From Tenericutes bacterium ADurb.Bin087 (GTDB lineage: Bacteria; Bacillota_I; Bacilli_A; RFN20; CAG-826): DNA of 64,000 bases. The stretch lies in contig MWEF01000004.1 in assembly GCA_002070905.1 (NCBI GenBank), positions 8,190 through 72,189 on the forward strand, written 5' to 3'. Both the position numbers and the translations under genes were made by a program. The notes beneath the pieces are model-generated. The model worked only from the letters and a program-made list of their open reading frames with translations, was not told the origin of the DNA and searched no databases. Positions 34,101 through 42,292 of this stretch are shown in pieces; the first letter of the stretch is position 1, and each line of letters begins with the position of its first letter.

Positions 34101-35579
34101 AATACGATCAAGGACATCATCTAAACGCGGTTTACCGCGCAACATCGCATTAGTAATTTTTGTAATCTGGGTAATATGTTCAGGAACAGGGACACCTGGA
34201 TTAATGAGGATATCAATTCGTTCAGTAACTAGCCCGTGTTCAACACGGACTGCGCCAAATTCAATAATGTCATTGTATCTAGCGCTTAACCCTGTTGTTT
34301 CTAAGTCAAAAATAACGTAACGCGCATTATTTAAAATAATCGGAGCGGGGTTATTAACAACTTTTAATGTCTCATCAATAACATACAGCTCACTCCCATA
34401 AATTATTTTAATATCATGCTTTTTGCCCGCTTTTTGTGCTTCAGGAAATGCTTGCACCACACCGTGATCCGTAACGGCAATTGCTTCGTGACCCATGTTT
34501 TTAGCTAGTTCACAATATTCATCAATCGTACTAACGGCATCAAGTGCGGACATTTTGGTATGTAAGTGTAATTCAATGCGCTTACGACCTTCATAGTCAT
34601 CTTTAGGTAATGGTGGCGCGGCAATTTCATCAATTTCACGACCACGCACAATTTTAGTAGTACCGCGAAAGTTATCAATGGCGACATAACCTTGGACACG
34701 GACAAAGTGACCAGCTTTTAAGCCTTTTAAAATTTCATCTTGTTTACTGCCGCGTTTGTTTACATAAAAACGAACAGTAATCGCATGGGCATCTTTACCG
34801 ATACCAAGTGTGTAGGTGACACCTGTTTTTGTTGGGCGGCGATCATAACTATACACCTCGCCATCAAAGTCCACCCCTTCATCCACTTCTTTATGTTCAA
34901 TATCTTTAATTTCCGTAAGATTAAACGCTCCACGTGCGCGCCGTTTCTCTCGTTCTTTAATCATTTTTTCGTAATTTTCTTTAAGTTTATCTTCAAGCCC
35001 TTCATGATATTCGAGACTTCGTTCACAATTTTCATTGGGTTCTAGCGAATCGCATTCCTCATCAAAGAGTTCGTCATCATCCTCAATAAAAGGCCTGTCA
35101 CTCCCCATTATAAACTCATCCTCATCATCATTCTCAATACTAGCGGCAATCACAACTGTTTCTAAATTAAAGTTATATGCGAGTTCTTTTAATAATAACC
35201 CAAATTCATAAAGCACCGCTTTAGCGTCAAGCGCACTTACTTCATCAGTAAAAGTAAAACGCAGGGTATCATTCCCAACAATCGTAATCACATAGTCACT
35301 CTCTCGCAGATAAGTGCGTAGATACCACGGTTTAAAAAGCGCTAACGCATCTTCAACACGCGGTAATTTAGTGTAAGCATACGTTACTTTATAAGCATAG
35401 GGAATGCTCATCAGCGCATCACTAAAATCAAGATAATCTTCAAAACTCCATGGTTTTTCTTTTAAAAGTGTATAGTGCCAAACATTATCAATCTTTTTCC
35501 ATTCTAAAAATGTTAAGCCGATTTGCTTGTCATTTTCATAATTAATGGACGCGAAGAAACGGGCACTAACATTTCCCAT
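31188..35579 (-). CDS. polC: DNA polymerase III alpha subunit, PolC type
   Basis: 1463 aa. PHP domain IELHLHTKMSALDAV. Inserted 3'-5' exonuclease YVIFDLETTGLS...HNAEFDLGFL...HRADYDA. Zn module CPNCKY...CPECGH. Polymerase core GSRGSVGSSVVAY and PDIDLNF. Confidence 0.98.
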   Translation of the reverse strand: MGNVSARFFASINYENDKQIGLTFLEWKKIDNVWHYTLLKEKPWSFEDYLDFSDALMSIPYAYKVTYAYTKLPRVEDALALFKPWYLRTYLRESDYVITIVGNDTLRFTFTDEVSALDAKAVLYEFGLLLKELAYNFNLETVVIAASIENDDEDEFIMGSDRPFIEDDDELFDEECDSLEPNENCERSLEYHEGLEDKLKENYEKMIKEREKRRARGAFNLTEIKDIEHKEVDEGVDFDGEVYSYDRRPTKTGVTYTLGIGKDAHAITVRFYVNKRGSKQDEILKGLKAGHFVRVQGYVAIDNFRGTTKIVRGREIDEIAAPPLPKDDYEGRKRIELHLHTKMSALDAVSTIDEYCELAKNMGHEAIAVTDHGVVQAFPEAQKAGKKHDIKIIYGSELYVIDETLKVVNNPAPIILNNARYVIFDLETTGLSARYNDIIEFGAVRVEHGLVTERIDILINPGVPVPEHITQITKITNAMLRGKPRLDDVLDRILDFLGDDILVSHNAEFDLGFLNANLRKRGRHPLNNPTIDTLALSRYLFPESRGHRLGVLARNLEVFYDEDGAHRADYDAEVLNSIWQAMLTKLTADNPYLTHAALADLKLTQAALQYLWPAHATVYVKNKAGLRDLYKLVSVSHTEFSTDIPKTPRSMLLSHRDNLLIGSSCFNGEVFETAARFDEDMLLKVMEFYDFIEIQPYSNYSYLINMGELDSEEHLKKVIGDIKIAAQKLGKPLVATGDVHYALPSQKVFRDVYIVAKGLKNVNHPLNPYDRDKRPPFENPNQHYRSTTEMFEEMRKFGVFTEEELTDMIINNPHRINDLVEKITPFTKELYKPSIENVDELLENLVFTTAYEIYGNPLPSLIEDRIHRELTGIINNGYAVIYYLAHLIVKKANDEGFIVGSRGSVGSSVVAYFAKVSEVNPLPPHYFCPNCKYSNFRNEEKALSGYDLEAATCPECGHPLTGEGQNIPFETFLGFEADKIPDIDLNFPEDFQKEAHNFTKELVGENNAFRAGTIQTVAERTAFGHVLNYYEKQGIMRDELNNDNVAYLAYHIAGVKRTTGQHPGGIVVIPGEYEVYDFTPVQYPAGNIESDWLTTHFDYDSIHDNLLKLDLLGHKDPVSLKMLCDLTGVKFEDVPTNDRATISLFSSHEALKLKSNPLGEVTGALGLPEFGTNFVRQLLADAEPKTFNDLVIISGLSHGTGVWRFNADELISSKQATLGEVIGCRDDIMTFLIRQNLHEKDAFNIMESVRKGRGVEESLETKMREAGVPQYYIDSCKKIEYLFPRAHAAAYVIMAVKVAWFKLYYPLEYYATFFTIRGDNFDLKTMISGETEILRVLEEFEEQRRKAELNPRDSNIVENLQLTIEMLNRGFKVSNINLYKSEAKNFVVDHANNQIIPPFIVIRALGEAAAESVVEARKEGAFISIEDLVERTRLNTSNIENLKELGVLDNLPESNQISLFDFM

Positions 35580-36836
35580 CTATAAGAAGACTCCTACAAA
35601 GCCAAAAATATCTTTCGCTAAAATAACAACCGTTAAGGCAATTAAAAGAATCGCACCAATCATTGAGGCAATTTGTTTAAATTTCGGATTAATTTCTTGC
35701 CGTGTAATGGCTTCAACGGTCACGACTAATAAATGCCAGCCATCAAGTGGCGGAAATGGTAATAAGTTAAAGAGCGCTAAGTTAATGCTAATTAAACCCC
35801 ATAAGAATAAATAAGGAGCAAGCCCATGATTCTTTAATGTTTGACTTGAAATATTAAAGATACCAACTGGGCCACTGACATTTTTAAGGCCGTCACTAAA
35901 TAATGATTTTAAACCTCGCGCCACCGCGGTCACGCTACGCAGGAAGTCATTATTTGCGGCCGTAAACGTTTCCGTGAAGTTATTGCGATATGTAAACTTT
36001 GTTAAATTAAAGCCTGCGGACACAAATTTATAACCGTCGGTTAACTTTTCTGGATTCTTTGGTTCAGTCGCTAACGTTAAGACTTTGGGTATCCGCTCCG
36101 CACTTTCATATGTTTCGCCACGCAAAAATGTCACATTAAATGTTAAAACATCTGTTGCTTTTAATTCGGTATAAAATGAATTTTCATTAGTTAAATCAGT
36201 CGCGTCAACTTTTAAGAGAACAATTGACTCACCGCCAAATGTTAAGTCATCTAAACTTTTTGGTTGAAATAACACATAGTATTCTGGTTCAACTGCTTCA
36301 GGATCAATAGTTCCTTCCCCGAAATATTGAATGCGATACCCATCAATTTCTTTTTCTTTAAAATCAATACGGTCATCACTGCGAATCCCCATTGCATACA
36401 CCGCACTATCTTCATTTACTTGTAAGCGAATTGATAACCCCGTTTGTGGTAATACCCCGTTTGCGAACAGAAAAATGGCATATCCTAATATTAAATTCAT
36501 TATAATTCCCGCGGACATAATTAGGGCTCTTTTGCCGCGATTAATGCCAACTAAACTCCGTTCCTTCGGAATTTCTTCATTCACAAATTCATCGGGAACA
36601 TTTTCTTCTTCACCAAGCATCGCTACATATCCGCCTAATGGGAGAGCGCGCAGTGAATAATACGTTTCTCCTTTTTTCTTGCGAAAGATTTTAGGGCCAA
36701 AGCCGATTGCAAATTCAAAGACATACACTTTAAATATTTTCGCCGCAATAAAATGTCCTAATTCATGAATCGTGATTAAAACACCAAGCATGACTAAGAA
36801 TAAAATAATGTTTAATATTGTACTTAAAAATTCCAT
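35580..36836 (-). CDS. rseP: RIP zinc metalloprotease RseP/YluC
   Basis: HELGHF motif in TM1, NLLPFPPLDG motif near the C-terminus, central PDZ-like region. Abuts polC as in Bacillus. Confidence 0.93.
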   Translation of the reverse strand: MEFLSTILNIILFLVMLGVLITIHELGHFIAAKIFKVYVFEFAIGFGPKIFRKKKGETYYSLRALPLGGYVAMLGEEENVPDEFVNEEIPKERSLVGINRGKRALIMSAGIIMNLILGYAIFLFANGVLPQTGLSIRLQVNEDSAVYAMGIRSDDRIDFKEKEIDGYRIQYFGEGTIDPEAVEPEYYVLFQPKSLDDLTFGGESIVLLKVDATDLTNENSFYTELKATDVLTFNVTFLRGETYESAERIPKVLTLATEPKNPEKLTDGYKFVSAGFNLTKFTYRNNFTETFTAANNDFLRSVTAVARGLKSLFSDGLKNVSGPVGIFNISSQTLKNHGLAPYLFLWGLISINLALFNLLPFPPLDGWHLLVVTVEAITRQEINPKFKQIASMIGAILLIALTVVILAKDIFGFVGVFL

Positions 36837-36848
36837 AATAACTTCCTT

Positions 36849-37904
36849 CTAGACGAGTATACTCCATCCGTTATTGATTAAAATAATTAGCATTGCGGTG
36901 ACAATACTAACCATTAAAAGTGAGTCAACGCGATCTAAAATACCACCGTGACCAACTAAAATTGAACCGTAATCCTTAATCGCTAAATGCCGTTTTGTGG
37001 CACTAAAGAATAAGTCGCCAATATTCGCGGCAAATGGCATCGCAAGCGAGATTACTAGTAAGTAATACCACTCCTTATGACTTAAAAATGGTAGGACAGG
37101 GAACCCTACCCACGACACAATTAACGAAAATAAGAAACTTACGATAATCGAAAATAAGACGCCACCCACAAACCCTTCCCATGTTTTATTTGGGGAAATG
37201 CGTGGTACCATCTTGTTTTTACCAAAAAGCACACCAATGAAATAAGCACCGATATCATTCATAATCGTGCCTAAAATGACATAAATGATGAGAAATGTAC
37301 TCGTAATAATATTCGTATTAAATGCTATATCAGGGCGATCAGCAATATATTGGGGATATAATCTTAAGAATAAGAATGCTTGGAAACCAAAACCCGCAAA
37401 AAGTACTAATAAGAATAAATAAGCGGCAATATCAAAGCCGATATGTGGATCAAAAACAAGTAAGATAAATAAACCAATTAAGATTGTGGCTAAGAGAAAA
37501 CTTGAGACTTGAATCGATTCGAAGCCATTTTCGACAACCCATTTAGAAATATCCCACCACGGGTAGCCCGCTTTCATATTTGCCATAATATTATTTTTAA
37601 TAAAAATCCAAAAGATAAGGGCAACAGTCGACACAATCGCTAAGATATACACATACCAATAGCGTTTCGCGATTTTCGTGCCACGCATAATTTCAATAAC
37701 GGCAATAATCGAGACCAAGAAGACAAGCGCTAAAAAGTACCAGCCTCCTAAAAAGAGTGCGGGCACGGCAATAATTGCTAAAATTATCGAAGTAATGGTT
37801 CGTGTTTTCATTGACTTCTTTGTTGCTTCACTAATTTCATTTAACGATATTTTAATCGTCGAAGTTCGTTTGGTTTTTGGTTTAATTTCGTCATTCTCCA
37901 TCAT
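36849..37904 (-). CDS. cdsA: Phosphatidate cytidylyltransferase with an N-terminal extension
   Basis: Polytopic. C-terminal signature SATKRHLAIKDYGSILVGHGGILDRVDSLL. Confidence 0.92.
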   Translation of the reverse strand: MMENDEIKPKTKRTSTIKISLNEISEATKKSMKTRTITSIILAIIAVPALFLGGWYFLALVFLVSIIAVIEIMRGTKIAKRYWYVYILAIVSTVALIFWIFIKNNIMANMKAGYPWWDISKWVVENGFESIQVSSFLLATILIGLFILLVFDPHIGFDIAAYLFLLVLFAGFGFQAFLFLRLYPQYIADRPDIAFNTNIITSTFLIIYVILGTIMNDIGAYFIGVLFGKNKMVPRISPNKTWEGFVGGVLFSIIVSFLFSLIVSWVGFPVLPFLSHKEWYYLLVISLAMPFAANIGDLFFSATKRHLAIKDYGSILVGHGGILDRVDSLLMVSIVTAMLIILINNGWSILV

Positions 37905-38623
37905 TATAATCCTCCAAACCGCCGCGTTCTTTTTGCGTATTCTTCTAAATCACGGACGAGACACTCTTCACTATAATCAGGCCAATAAGTCGGGGTAAAA
38001 ATAAATTCAGCGTACGCTAGTTGCCACAACATGTAATTACTTAGCCGCATTTCACCACTAGTGCGCACTAACAAGTCCACAGGTGGCATATCTTTCGTAT
38101 CCAAATAATTTTCAAAAGTTTCTGGTGTTAATTGTTCAACATTAATACTCTTGTCAGCGACGAGTTTTTTAACCGCGCGCACAATTTCGTCTTTCCCCCC
38201 ATAATTTATACAAATGTTGAGGGTTGTTCCTGTATTATGTTTAGTGTCGTCTTTCGCGTAATTAATCGCTTCTTGGGTTGATGTTGGCAATCTACTTAAA
38301 TCACCAGATGTCACAATTTTAATATTATTTTTATGCACTTTCTTTAAGACGCTATGTAATCTTCTTTCAAGTGTTTTAAATAAGAAATCAACTTCCTTTT
38401 TCGGTCGTGACCAGTTTTCGGTGGAAAAAGCATAGACGCTCATAAATGGAATCTGACGTTTATTAACAGCAATCCCAACATCAAAAAGACTAGAAAACCC
38501 TTTTTCATGGCCATAAGTGCGTGGTTTATTTCGTGCTTTCGCCCACCTACCATTACCATCTAAAATAAAGGCAATATGTTTAATGCCATAATTTTCCAAG
38601 TTTGTAATTTTCACTTTACTCAT
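37904..38623 (-). CDS. uppS: Undecaprenyl-diphosphate synthase family (cis-prenyltransferase)
   Basis: Motifs HIAFILDGNGRWAK, YAFSTENWSRP and RTSGEMRLSNYMLWQLAYAEF. Confidence 0.95.
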   Translation of the reverse strand: MSKVKITNLENYGIKHIAFILDGNGRWAKARNKPRTYGHEKGFSSLFDVGIAVNKRQIPFMSVYAFSTENWSRPKKEVDFLFKTLERRLHSVLKKVHKNNIKIVTSGDLSRLPTSTQEAINYAKDDTKHNTGTTLNICINYGGKDEIVRAVKKLVADKSINVEQLTPETFENYLDTKDMPPVDLLVRTSGEMRLSNYMLWQLAYAEFIFTPTYWPDYSEECLVRDLEEYAKRTRRFGGL

Positions 38624-38685
38624 ATGTTAAATTATACAATAAGTAATACTCTTTTCATTAAATAACATTTTGAAAAATGTTAAAA

Positions 38686-38750
38686 ATTAAAAAGCCTCGC
38701 AATATTTTAAGTGTTTATAGTACTAACACGAGATCATTTACGAGGCTTGC
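38686..38750 (-). terminator. Long-hairpin terminator after frr
   Basis: Minus strand reads AGCCTCG...(41-nt loop containing an inner GTGTT/AACAC stem)...CGAGGCT followed by TTTTTAATTTTT. Confidence 0.55.
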
Positions 38751-38767
38751 TTCTAAACTTATTAAAA

Positions 38768-39313
38768 TTAGACCGTTAAAATTTCTTCTTCTTTTTCTTT
38801 AAGTAATTCATCAGCTTTTTTAACGTATTCGTCAGTGACTTTTTGCACTGCTTCTTCCGCTCTTTTACTCATATCTTCACTTAAATCTTTATCGGCTTTA
38901 ATGCTGCTATTGGCGTCACGGCGAATATTACGAATCGCAATTTTAGCTTCTTCAGTAAACTTCTTTGCTTGTTTAACTAAGTCGCGCCGTCTCTCTTCGG
39001 TCAACGGGGGTAAGATTAAACGAATTGTATCGCCATCATTAATTGGATTAATCCCCAGTGTTGAAGCATTAATTGCCGCAAGGATTGACCGCATATCACC
39101 TTTATCATACGGCTTAATTAGTAGTTGGCGCGGTTCGGGAACACTGATGGAACTAATTTGGTTAATCGGCATTTTTTCACCATAATAATCACATTCAATC
39201 CGGTCAAGTAAAGCGGCACTTGCGCGCCCAGTTCGCAGCGTCGCAAATTCACTTTTTAAATTTAAAATTGATTTTTCCATTCGCTCTTCGGCGAGTAATG
39301 CATATTCATCCAT
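38768..39313 (-). CDS. frr: Ribosome recycling factor
   Basis: 181 aa with LRTGRASAALLDRI and LPPLTEERRRDLVK. Confidence 0.97.
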   Translation of the reverse strand: MDEYALLAEERMEKSILNLKSEFATLRTGRASAALLDRIECDYYGEKMPINQISSISVPEPRQLLIKPYDKGDMRSILAAINASTLGINPINDGDTIRLILPPLTEERRRDLVKQAKKFTEEAKIAIRNIRRDANSSIKADKDLSEDMSKRAEEAVQKVTDEYVKKADELLKEKEEEILTV

Positions 39314-39318
39314 ATTTT

Positions 39319-40038
39319 TTACCTCTTCGTTATAATTGTACCAATTTCCATGTGTTCTTCAAGTGGTTCGAAGTTTAATACTTCGTTCATGCCAATGACA
39401 AAACTAGTAATTTCGGTCTTTTTTAATATTTCTAAGGCACTTAAATCCATCGCTTCAATTTTTAAATCAATTAACTCTTGGTAGGTCGCTTGCGCAATCC
39501 GTTTGGCATCTTTATATTTGTGCGGATTTTTCGTATAAACACCGTCCACTCCGTCCTTGACGAAGATAATTAAGTCCGCCTCCATATCAATCGCCCGCAG
39601 CGCAGCACCAGTATCAGTTGTGAAGAACGGTTTGCCCGTTCCGCCACCAAAAATCACAACTTCCCCTTTCGCGAGATGTTTTTTAGCTAATGCAGGACTA
39701 GTTTTCTCCGCCAAACCTTCAACCGCAAATGAATTTAACACCACTGAAGGTAAGCCATTTTGCGTAAAATAATCTTTAAGCGCTAATGAGTTTAAAAATG
39801 TTGCGGTCATCCCCATATAATCAGCGGCTGCGGGATCAAAGCCAAGTATTTTAGCACTCTTTCCGCGCCAAATATTACCAGCGCCAACGACAATCCCGAT
39901 ATCCCATTTTTGGTGATGACGAAATGACTTGATGAAATTTAAGATCGCGGCAAGCACTTTTGGATCAAAAATACCGTGTTCCTTATCGCCCGCAAGCGCT
40001 TCACCACTTAATTTAATAAGTACTTTTTTATATACCAT
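39319..40038 (-). CDS. pyrH: UMP kinase
   Basis: Start at 40038 (GGAGG RBS at 40044-40048; the upstream ATG at 40059 lies before the RBS). Motifs KVLIKLSGEAL, VVGAGNIWRG and GGGTGKPFFTTDT. Confidence 0.95.
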   Translation of the reverse strand: MVYKKVLIKLSGEALAGDKEHGIFDPKVLAAILNFIKSFRHHQKWDIGIVVGAGNIWRGKSAKILGFDPAAADYMGMTATFLNSLALKDYFTQNGLPSVVLNSFAVEGLAEKTSPALAKKHLAKGEVVIFGGGTGKPFFTTDTGAALRAIDMEADLIIFVKDGVDGVYTKNPHKYKDAKRIAQATYQELIDLKIEAMDLSALEILKKTEITSFVIGMNEVLNFEPLEEHMEIGTIITKR

Positions 40039-40048
40039 GTTTTTCCTC

Positions 40049-40071
40049 CAAAAAAACACCCGAAGGTGTTT
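40049..40071 (-). terminator. Terminator/attenuator between tsf and pyrH
   Basis: Minus strand reads AACACC-TTCG-GGTGTT followed by TTTTTT, immediately before the pyrH RBS. Confidence 0.7.
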
Positions 40072-40086
40072 TCTTTTATTTGGTTG

Positions 40087-40947
40087 TTATTTAATTTGGC
40101 CAAGAACTTCCGCAGCGAAATCTTCTTGACGTTTTTCAATGCCTTCACCGACTTGATAACGGACGAAACGTAAGACTTTGTTATCAAGCTCTTTTAAGGC
40201 TTGACTAACTTTCTTTGTATCATCCATTAAATATGTTTGTTCGGCTAACACTAAATCACTGAAATATTTTCTAATTTTACCTTCAACAATGTTTTTAAGC
40301 ATCTTTTCTGGTTTATCCGCGAGGCGTGGATCGTTTTTCGTAATTTCAAGTTGAATATGACGTTCGTGTTCATAATCAGCTTCAGTAATATCTTCGGTTG
40401 TAATATAACTTGGACTATTGGCCGCAACATGCATTGTTAAGCCGTGGGCTAATTCGTCATCTTTTTTATTTAAGAGCACGAGTGTGGCAATTTTGCCACC
40501 CATGTGGATGTAACTTGCACCCCTATCTTCAACTTTAAGTAATTCGAAACGACGGAATGATAATTTTTCCCCAATTTTCACAGTAGCTTCAACTAAAAGT
40601 GGATTAATGAGTGCGTCCGCGGCTTCTTTTGTTGCTGGTTTATGTTTAAGTAATAAATCAAGAACAGTATTCACTAATTCTTTAAATGCATCACCGCGAC
40701 TCACAAAGTCTGTTTCACAGTTAACTTCAACGATAACAGCGTAGCCATTTTCAATTTTCGCTAATGCTAAACCTTCAGCGGCAATCCGTCCGCTTTTCTT
40801 CGCCGCAGTTGTAATACCTTGTTCACGAAGCCAATCTTTAGCTTTGTCAACATCTTCACCGTTTGCGACGAGGGCCTTTTTACAGTCCATCATGCCTGCG
40901 CCGGTAAGTTCACGCAATTCTTTAATTTTATCGATTAAACTTGCCAT
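40087..40947 (-). CDS. tsf: Elongation factor Ts
   Basis: N-terminal UBA-like segment IKELRELTGAGMMDCKKAL. 286 aa. Follows rpsB. Confidence 0.97.
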   Translation of the reverse strand: MASLIDKIKELRELTGAGMMDCKKALVANGEDVDKAKDWLREQGITTAAKKSGRIAAEGLALAKIENGYAVIVEVNCETDFVSRGDAFKELVNTVLDLLLKHKPATKEAADALINPLLVEATVKIGEKLSFRRFELLKVEDRGASYIHMGGKIATLVLLNKKDDELAHGLTMHVAANSPSYITTEDITEADYEHERHIQLEITKNDPRLADKPEKMLKNIVEGKIRKYFSDLVLAEQTYLMDDTKKVSQALKELDNKVLRFVRYQVGEGIEKRQEDFAAEVLGQIK

Positions 40948-40950
40948 TAA

Positions 40951-42087
40951 TTATTCTCCTTCTTCCTTCGTTTTTGCTTCGACTTTTTCGTCTGTCGTTT
41001 TTACTTCTTCAACTTTTGGAGCTTTTGCTGGTTTAGCCTTTGGTTCGGCTTTTGCTTTTGGCTCTTCTACTTTTACTTCTTTAACTTCTTTTTTTGGTTT
41101 TGCTTTTGGAGCGGGTTTTTCCGCCGTTTCGTCGGCGCCTTCACCTTCTTCTTTACCTTCGGCCTTACGGACGCGTGTTGGTTTGTCACTATGTTGGGTC
41201 CGTGCTTTACGGACAGGACGACGTTCTTCACCATCAGTGCGACGAGCACGTGGTTCATTATGTTTTAAAGCTTCTTCTAATGTTTCCGTTTCCGGTTCTA
41301 AATCACGAGTATACGCTAAAACGGGGATTCCACCTTTGGCTTCAACAATTGCGTCGGCGAATAAAGTAAGCATTAATTGCACGGTTTTTGTCGCATCATC
41401 ATTACTTGGAATAATGTAATCAACGACATCTGGATCACAGTTTGTGTCCACAAGCGCAAACACCGGAATATTTAAACTACGTGCTTCTCTAATCGCATTA
41501 GCTTCATCAATTGTGCTAACGACAAAGACTGCTTCTGGTACTTTACGCATTTCTTTAATACCTTCGAAGTTATCATTTAAGCGTTTCATTTCTTTACGAA
41601 TTAAAATCGCTTCTTTCTTTGGTAAACGTTCAAAAGCACCTTCAACTTCTTGCATTTCTAAATCACGTAAATATTTTACGCGTGTTGAAATTGTTCTAAA
41701 GTTTGTTAAGGTTCCACCTAACCAGCGATTATTCATATAGAATGAACCACTGCGTTCAGCTTCGGCTTTAACGTGTTCGGCGTGTTGTTTACGGGTACCG
41801 ACGAATAAGACTTTACCACCACGCGTAACAATTTCGCGTAAGGCAGCGTAAGCTTCTTCAATTTTAACGATTGTTTTTTCAAGATCAATGATATGGACAT
41901 TGTTCCGTGCACCATAAATATATGGTTTCATTTTGGGGTTCCATAATTTGGTTTGGTGACCAAAGTGGGCCCCAGCTTCAAGTAATTTTTTCATGGTAAT
42001 GACTGGTAGATTTTCATCTGGTAAGACATCTTCCATCGCAGGAGTTACTTCCTCCTCAGTTAATACGACTTTTTCTTCTTCACTCAT
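40951..42087 (-). CDS. rpsB: 30S ribosomal protein S2 with an acidic N-terminal and a long K/E/A/P-rich C-terminal extension
   Basis: Start at 42087 (AAAGGAGG RBS; MSEEEK...). The ORF-track start at 42228 lies in the leader. The S2 core is LLEAGAHFGHQTKLWNPKM...FVVSTIDEANAIREARSLNIPVFALVDTNCDP. The tail from about aa 260 reads ...KPAPKAKPKKEVKEVKVEEPKAKAEPKAKPAKAPKVEE... Confidence 0.95.
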   Translation of the reverse strand: MSEEEKVVLTEEEVTPAMEDVLPDENLPVITMKKLLEAGAHFGHQTKLWNPKMKPYIYGARNNVHIIDLEKTIVKIEEAYAALREIVTRGGKVLFVGTRKQHAEHVKAEAERSGSFYMNNRWLGGTLTNFRTISTRVKYLRDLEMQEVEGAFERLPKKEAILIRKEMKRLNDNFEGIKEMRKVPEAVFVVSTIDEANAIREARSLNIPVFALVDTNCDPDVVDYIIPSNDDATKTVQLMLTLFADAIVEAKGGIPVLAYTRDLEPETETLEEALKHNEPRARRTDGEERRPVRKARTQHSDKPTRVRKAEGKEEGEGADETAEKPAPKAKPKKEVKEVKVEEPKAKAEPKAKPAKAPKVEEVKTTDEKVEAKTKEEGE

Positions 42088-42199
42088 TTGTGAGCCTCCT
42101 TTTGTTATATCCTCCACATTTTCGAACCTTGTCCCTACACGCGTAGAACCGGACGAGGAATTCAATGTGTGCGTATTAGCCCATTTTTGGGCCATTAGT

Positions 42200-42228
42200 A
42201 TATTACCATAGGTAAAAGGTTTAGGCAA
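42200..42228 (-). promoter_or_regulatory. Candidate rpsB promoter (implies a ~105-nt leader)
   Basis: Minus strand reads TTGCCT-17 nt-TGgTAATAT. Confidence 0.5.
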
Positions 42229-42292
42229 CTAGTTGTCTTTTTTTGCGCCTTAAAAGGCGCCGTTATTATTTTAAAATACGAATTCTAATTAT

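Noticed and set aside
40954-41310. Short nucleotide repeats (AAAGC/AAACC/GAAG runs), and similar repeats at about 1790-1950, considered as a tandem-repeat or CRISPR-like array.
   Set aside because: They are in frame within coding sequence (the KAKP/KEVK tail of S2 and the S/P/T linker of the pullulanase). There is no repeat-spacer periodicity and there are no cas genes.
40844-41419. A 191-aa plus-strand ORF (S/A/F-rich), plus the smaller ORFs at 41073-41258 and 41094-41369.
   Set aside because: They lie antisense to, or out of frame with, the tsf start and the repetitive K/E/A/P-coding tail of rpsB. Their low-complexity composition is the mirror of the AAG/GAA/GCT codon runs. They have no RBS.
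42245-42260. The hairpin GCGCC-TTAAAA-GGCGC downstream of the aldolase gene, considered as its terminator.
   Set aside because: On the transcribed (minus) strand the stem is followed by an A-run, not a U-run. The polarity fits a plus-strand terminator, but no plus-strand gene precedes it. I left it uncalled; it may still pause or stabilise the transcript.
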